In this document: positions 60,880 through 64,000 of the stretch, piece after piece
How the letters are laid out: every line of letters starts with the position of its first letter
Numbering within the stretch: position 1 is the first letter of the stretch
Assembly (NCBI GenBank): GCA_964594115.1
Contig: CAZQLD010000003.1
Coordinates: 4,225-68,224 of the forward strand
DNA: 64,000 nt
DNA from: Candidatus Woesearchaeota archaeon
GTDB taxonomy: Archaea; Nanobdellota; Nanobdellia; Pacearchaeales; GW2011-AR1
Reading direction: 5' to 3'
Translations under genes and position numbers: made by a program
The notes under the pieces: model-generated
The model's input: the letters and a program-made list of their open reading frames with translations, nothing else
Told to the model about the DNA's origin: nothing
Database searches by the model: none

Positions 60880-60969
60880 TAAAATACAAAAAGCACACTC
60901 ATCTTTAAAAATAAATTTGCAATAGAAAATATGCTTTATAGTAAACTATTTAATATAGAAAGGGTTTAT

Positions 60970-61530
60970 TCATAGGGTATTTATTTTTTGTGTTAATTTA
61001 TACTCCCCTATATCACTATAAACAGGTCCTTCTGGAGATAACTCTGATTTTTTTAAAAAAAAGCTTTTTATTTTAAATCTGATTTTCTTAACCTTGATAT
61101 TTTTCAGATACCTAATTAAACCCTGTCTGTCTCCAACTTTTTTAACTCTTGCAATTGTTATATGTGACATAAACCTAAATTCTGGCTCAAATAAATCCTT
61201 TAATGCTTTATCGATTTGTTTTTGTAACTCAAAAACCCTCTTACCCTCTAACTTAACCCAAATAATTTTAATGAATTTTTTAGAAAAAGCTCCTGCCTCT
61301 CCAAGCCCAGCTTCAAAATTATCAAATTTTATTTCTCTTAACTTTTCTTTAATCTTCTCTATGGTTTCTTCATCAATCTCTCCAAGAAATTTGAGAGTTA
61401 GGTGTAAATTCTCAGGTTCTGTAAACTTTCCAGCAAAAAGATTCTGTCTTCCAATCTTTTCCTGGATTTTTTTTATTTCATTTATTGCTTCCCGAGGCAA
61501 ATCCAGAGCAATAAAACATCTTTTTGTCAT
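60970..61530 (-). CDS. 2'-5' RNA ligase / 2H phosphoesterase (LigT/ThpR-like)
   Basis: Two HxT motifs: HLTLKFLG and HITIARV. Confidence 0.8.
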   Translation of the reverse strand: MTKRCFIALDLPREAINEIKKIQEKIGRQNLFAGKFTEPENLHLTLKFLGEIDEETIEKIKEKLREIKFDNFEAGLGEAGAFSKKFIKIIWVKLEGKRVFELQKQIDKALKDLFEPEFRFMSHITIARVKKVGDRQGLIRYLKNIKVKKIRFKIKSFFLKKSELSPEGPVYSDIGEYKLTQKINTL

Positions 61531-61532
61531 TT

Positions 61533-62324
61533 TTAAACCATTTCAGCTAATAACTTAGCCCCAAGTTTAACTGTCCTGTTACTAATATCTTTATCAGGAT
61601 TAATTTCGACAATATCTGCAGCTTTAAAATTTTTCAATAATTTTAATCTCTGTAGAAAATAAATCATCTCTCTAGATGTTAAACCACCTGGCTCCGGATA
61701 ACCTGTTCCAGGGGCATAAGCTGGATCTACTGCATCAATATCAAGACTGATATAAAAAGCACCAGCTTCTTTTGCTCTTTCCATTAATAAATCACAAACA
61801 TCTTGCCTGTTTTCCTGAATCTGTTGCATGCTTATTATTTTGATTTTCTTTTCAGCAAGAAAAGCTCTTTCATCTGGCCATAAATTACGGGTTGTGACTA
61901 AGATAATATTCTCAACAGGAAATCCCTCTTCAATTATCTTTCTTAGCCACTCTTCATGTGTTGGTTCTCTCAAAGGCTTCATACAATCAGCATGAGCATC
62001 AAAAACAATCAAAAAGGGATTTTCAAAACACTCTTTAAAAGCCTTAACTAAGCTATAACTTATAAAATGATCTCCTCCAACAAACAAAACCTTATCTTGC
62101 TCTGAAAAAGCTTGTTTAGCACTTTTATAAATCAGCTCACTTGCTTCTTTAATATCATTATTATCAACATGTATCTCCTCTAAATCAAGAAGTTTTTTAT
62201 CTATAATTTTCCCTTTTTCATTTGTATAAATATCATCCAAAGATTTCAGAATCTCAACTGGTGCTTTTTCACAACCTTGTGTTTTCCCTAATCCATTTAT
62301 TCCTTTAACTCTTATAATCTGCAT
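61533..62324 (-). CDS. Agmatinase/arginase-family ureohydrolase
   Basis: GGDHFISY, VFDAHADC, SLDIDAVDPAYAPG, ADIVEINP. First ATG at 62324; the tracked start 62339 is TTG. Confidence 0.8.
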   Translation of the reverse strand: MQIIRVKGINGLGKTQGCEKAPVEILKSLDDIYTNEKGKIIDKKLLDLEEIHVDNNDIKEASELIYKSAKQAFSEQDKVLFVGGDHFISYSLVKAFKECFENPFLIVFDAHADCMKPLREPTHEEWLRKIIEEGFPVENIILVTTRNLWPDERAFLAEKKIKIISMQQIQENRQDVCDLLMERAKEAGAFYISLDIDAVDPAYAPGTGYPEPGGLTSREMIYFLQRLKLLKNFKAADIVEINPDKDISNRTVKLGAKLLAEMV

Positions 62325-62393
62325 TTTTCTCAAAAACAAAACATATTTAAATACCTTTTTCCTCGTAAAAATAATTAAAAAAGGAGGTTAAAA

Positions 62394-62738
62394 ATGGGTA
62401 ATGAAGTCATTGGAAAATGGGCTTTTTTAATTGGTCTAATCATTGCAGTAATCGCAGGCTTTATTTCAGGATATACAGAAATAATCCTTATAGTTTTATT
62501 TGTACTTGGACTAGTAGTGGGTTTCCTTAACATCATTGAAAAGAATGTTGTCAAATTCTTAGTGGCAATAGCTACATTGTTAATACTGGGAGTAGGAAGT
62601 TTAAGTGCTCTTGAGATACTTGGAATAGTTAACACATATCTTATTGCAATCTTAGGAAACTTCATAGCATTTGTAAGTGCTGCAGCTTTGGTTGTATCAA
62701 TAAAAGCCATCATAGAAACAAGCAAGATCCAAGCCTAA
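62394..62738 (+). CDS. Small membrane protein (114 aa)
   Basis: Three to four TM segments. AAGGAGGT SD 6 nt upstream. Preferred over the antisense ORF 62375..62725. Confidence 0.5.
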   Translation: MGNEVIGKWAFLIGLIIAVIAGFISGYTEIILIVLFVLGLVVGFLNIIEKNVVKFLVAIATLLILGVGSLSALEILGIVNTYLIAILGNFIAFVSAAALVVSIKAIIETSKIQA

Positions 62739-62825
62739 ATTTATTTTTTTAATTTTATATTTTTTGAATCATAAAGTATTTAAAGGATATTTTATTCCTA
62801 TAAATAATAAAAAAGGAGGTTAAAA

Positions 62826-62984
62826 ATGGATAAAATAGGTGCAATTTTAGTAACAATAATAGGAATCTTACTTGTACTGCCCTTAATTGGAGTTACTCAA
62901 TTAGGAGTGGCTGCTGATTGGATAATCGCCTTAGCAGTATTAGTAATTGGAGTCTTAGGGTTAATACAAACCCTTAAAAAATAA
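62826..62984 (+). CDS. Small membrane protein (52 aa, below cutoff)
   Basis: MDKIGAILVTIIGILLVLPLIGVTQLGVAADWIIALAVLVIGVLGLIQTLKK. Its 22-nt leader TAAAAAAGGAGGTTAAAAATGG is identical to that of 62394. Confidence 0.4.
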   Translation: MDKIGAILVTIIGILLVLPLIGVTQLGVAADWIIALAVLVIGVLGLIQTLKK

Positions 62985-63007
62985 ACACTTTTTCTTTTTT
63001 TATTTTT

Positions 63008-64000
63008 TTATTCAGGCACGAGAGCAATAAAGCTGTGTCCTTTTAATTTGCTAAGTTCTTTAACATCCACTAGTTTAACTGAATTAATTCTATCCTCATA
63101 CTTGTAATATTCTTCTGCATTTCCTGCGTTTTCTTCAGCTACTAAATTCATCATTACTTCCTCACTATTCTCGCTTCCAACATCCTTTAAGCCAATTAAC
63201 TGCTCCTTAGCCTCTTGAAAATCTTTTCTTTCAAGTTTTTGCATTTTCTTAATTTCTTTTGATATAAGCTCTCTAATCTCTTTAACTTTTTCTTTTACAG
63301 TTCCAACATAAATCATTTCATAACCATAGTTTTTATCTTGCTCTAAAACCCCTTTAATAGCATAAGCTAACCCTCTTTTTTCCCTTATTTCCTGAAATAA
63401 CCTTGAAGACATTCCTTCAGTTAAAATAGCATCTAAAATTTCCGCAGCATATCTGCTCTTATCTTGTAAAGTAGGAGCATGATAACCAAAAACTAAATTA
63501 GCCTGTTCAATTCCTTTTCTTTTTTCTATTAATTCAAAATTCCTCATTACAGGCGATTCTACCTTTATGTCTTTTTCTGTCTTAGGAAAAATTTTCATTC
63601 CTAACTCACAAATTTCCTCAAAATTCCCTTTTCCTACTACAGTTAAAATCATATTATTAGTAGAATAATTGCTATATGCTTGCAAAACATCCTGTCTTGA
63701 CATTTTGCTCATTGTGTCTATTGTACCAGCCCCAAACATGCCAAACGGCTTTTCATACAATAACTCTTTAATCTTGTTTAAAACATATAATCTAGGGTTA
63801 TCATTATACATTTTTATTTCTTCTAAAATAACACTCCTTTCTCTTTCTAAAGCCTCTTCTTCAAATAAAGGGTTTGATACTAAGTCAGAAGCAATATCTA
63901 TCCCTATACCAAGATATTTACTTGGTAGTTTATTCCAAAAAGAAGTGGTCTCTTCACTTGTAAATGCATTTAAAATGCCCCCTCTTTTCTCTACTTCCTC
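63008..64000 (-). CDS. M16 (pitrilysin/insulinase) family peptidase-like protein, 5' end outside window
   Basis: The frame stays open from 63811 to nt 64000 (63 codons checked). GGILNAFTSEETTSFW and ALERERSVILEEIK are M16 landmarks. The HxxEH region would lie beyond the window. Confidence 0.75.
   Translation of the reverse strand, partial: EEVEKRGGILNAFTSEETTSFWNKLPSKYLGIGIDIASDLVSNPLFEEEALERERSVILEEIKMYNDNPRLYVLNKIKELLYEKPFGMFGAGTIDTMSKMSRQDVLQAYSNYSTNNMILTVVGKGNFEEICELGMKIFPKTEKDIKVESPVMRNFELIEKRKGIEQANLVFGYHAPTLQDKSRYAAEILDAILTEGMSSRLFQEIREKRGLAYAIKGVLEQDKNYGYEMIYVGTVKEKVKEIRELISKEIKKMQKLERKDFQEAKEQLIGLKDVGSENSEEVMMNLVAEENAGNAEEYYKYEDRINSVKLVDVKELSKLKGHSFIALVPE

Noticed and set aside
61094-61558. 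Tracked antisense 154-aa ORF
   Set aside because: It is inside the LigT-like gene, which shows both HxT motifs on the minus strand.
62375-62725. Tracked minus-strand 116-aa ORF
   Set aside because: The plus-strand ORF 62394..62738 has a strong AAGGAGGT SD and a duplicated leader shared with the next gene.

Overview
AT-rich archaeal chromosomal segment, read by eye only; no searches were run. Archaeal identity rests on TFB, RadA, aIF2-alpha, aEF-1beta, SRP54/FtsY, e-type ribosomal proteins (S8e, L44e, S3Ae, S27e, S15), Nop10, an Sm protein, GINS/RecJ-like/RPA, EndoQ-like, Hef, and six tRNAs, three with anticodon-loop introns. The style (tight packing, split Hef, leaderless promoters, huge cysteine-rich surface ORFs, many orphan genes) suggests a DPANN-type lineage, but that is inference. 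Two accessory regions stand out. (i) 35.7-51.0 kb is a co-oriented type IV filament locus: secretion ATPase, platform candidate, two large secreted proteins, ten proteins with class III signal peptides, and a prepilin peptidase. (ii) 5.4-13.3 kb is a palindrome-fronted operon: a 45-aa RHH-like ORF, a 647-aa anchored protein and a 1911-aa secreted cysteine-rich giant. A 40-nt promoter-like cassette is shared by radA, a pilin gene, the pilus ATPase and a membrane-protein paralog. A related 60-nt cassette fronts a second pilin and a second paralog. Other notable points are a Hef helicase and nuclease split by two inserted genes, an SDR gene bracketed by 24-bp direct repeats, and a TrmB-type regulator with a 13-bp inverted repeat across its divergent promoters. 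No rRNA, CRISPR array, transposase or integrase was seen. Family calls are motif recall and need HMM confirmation.
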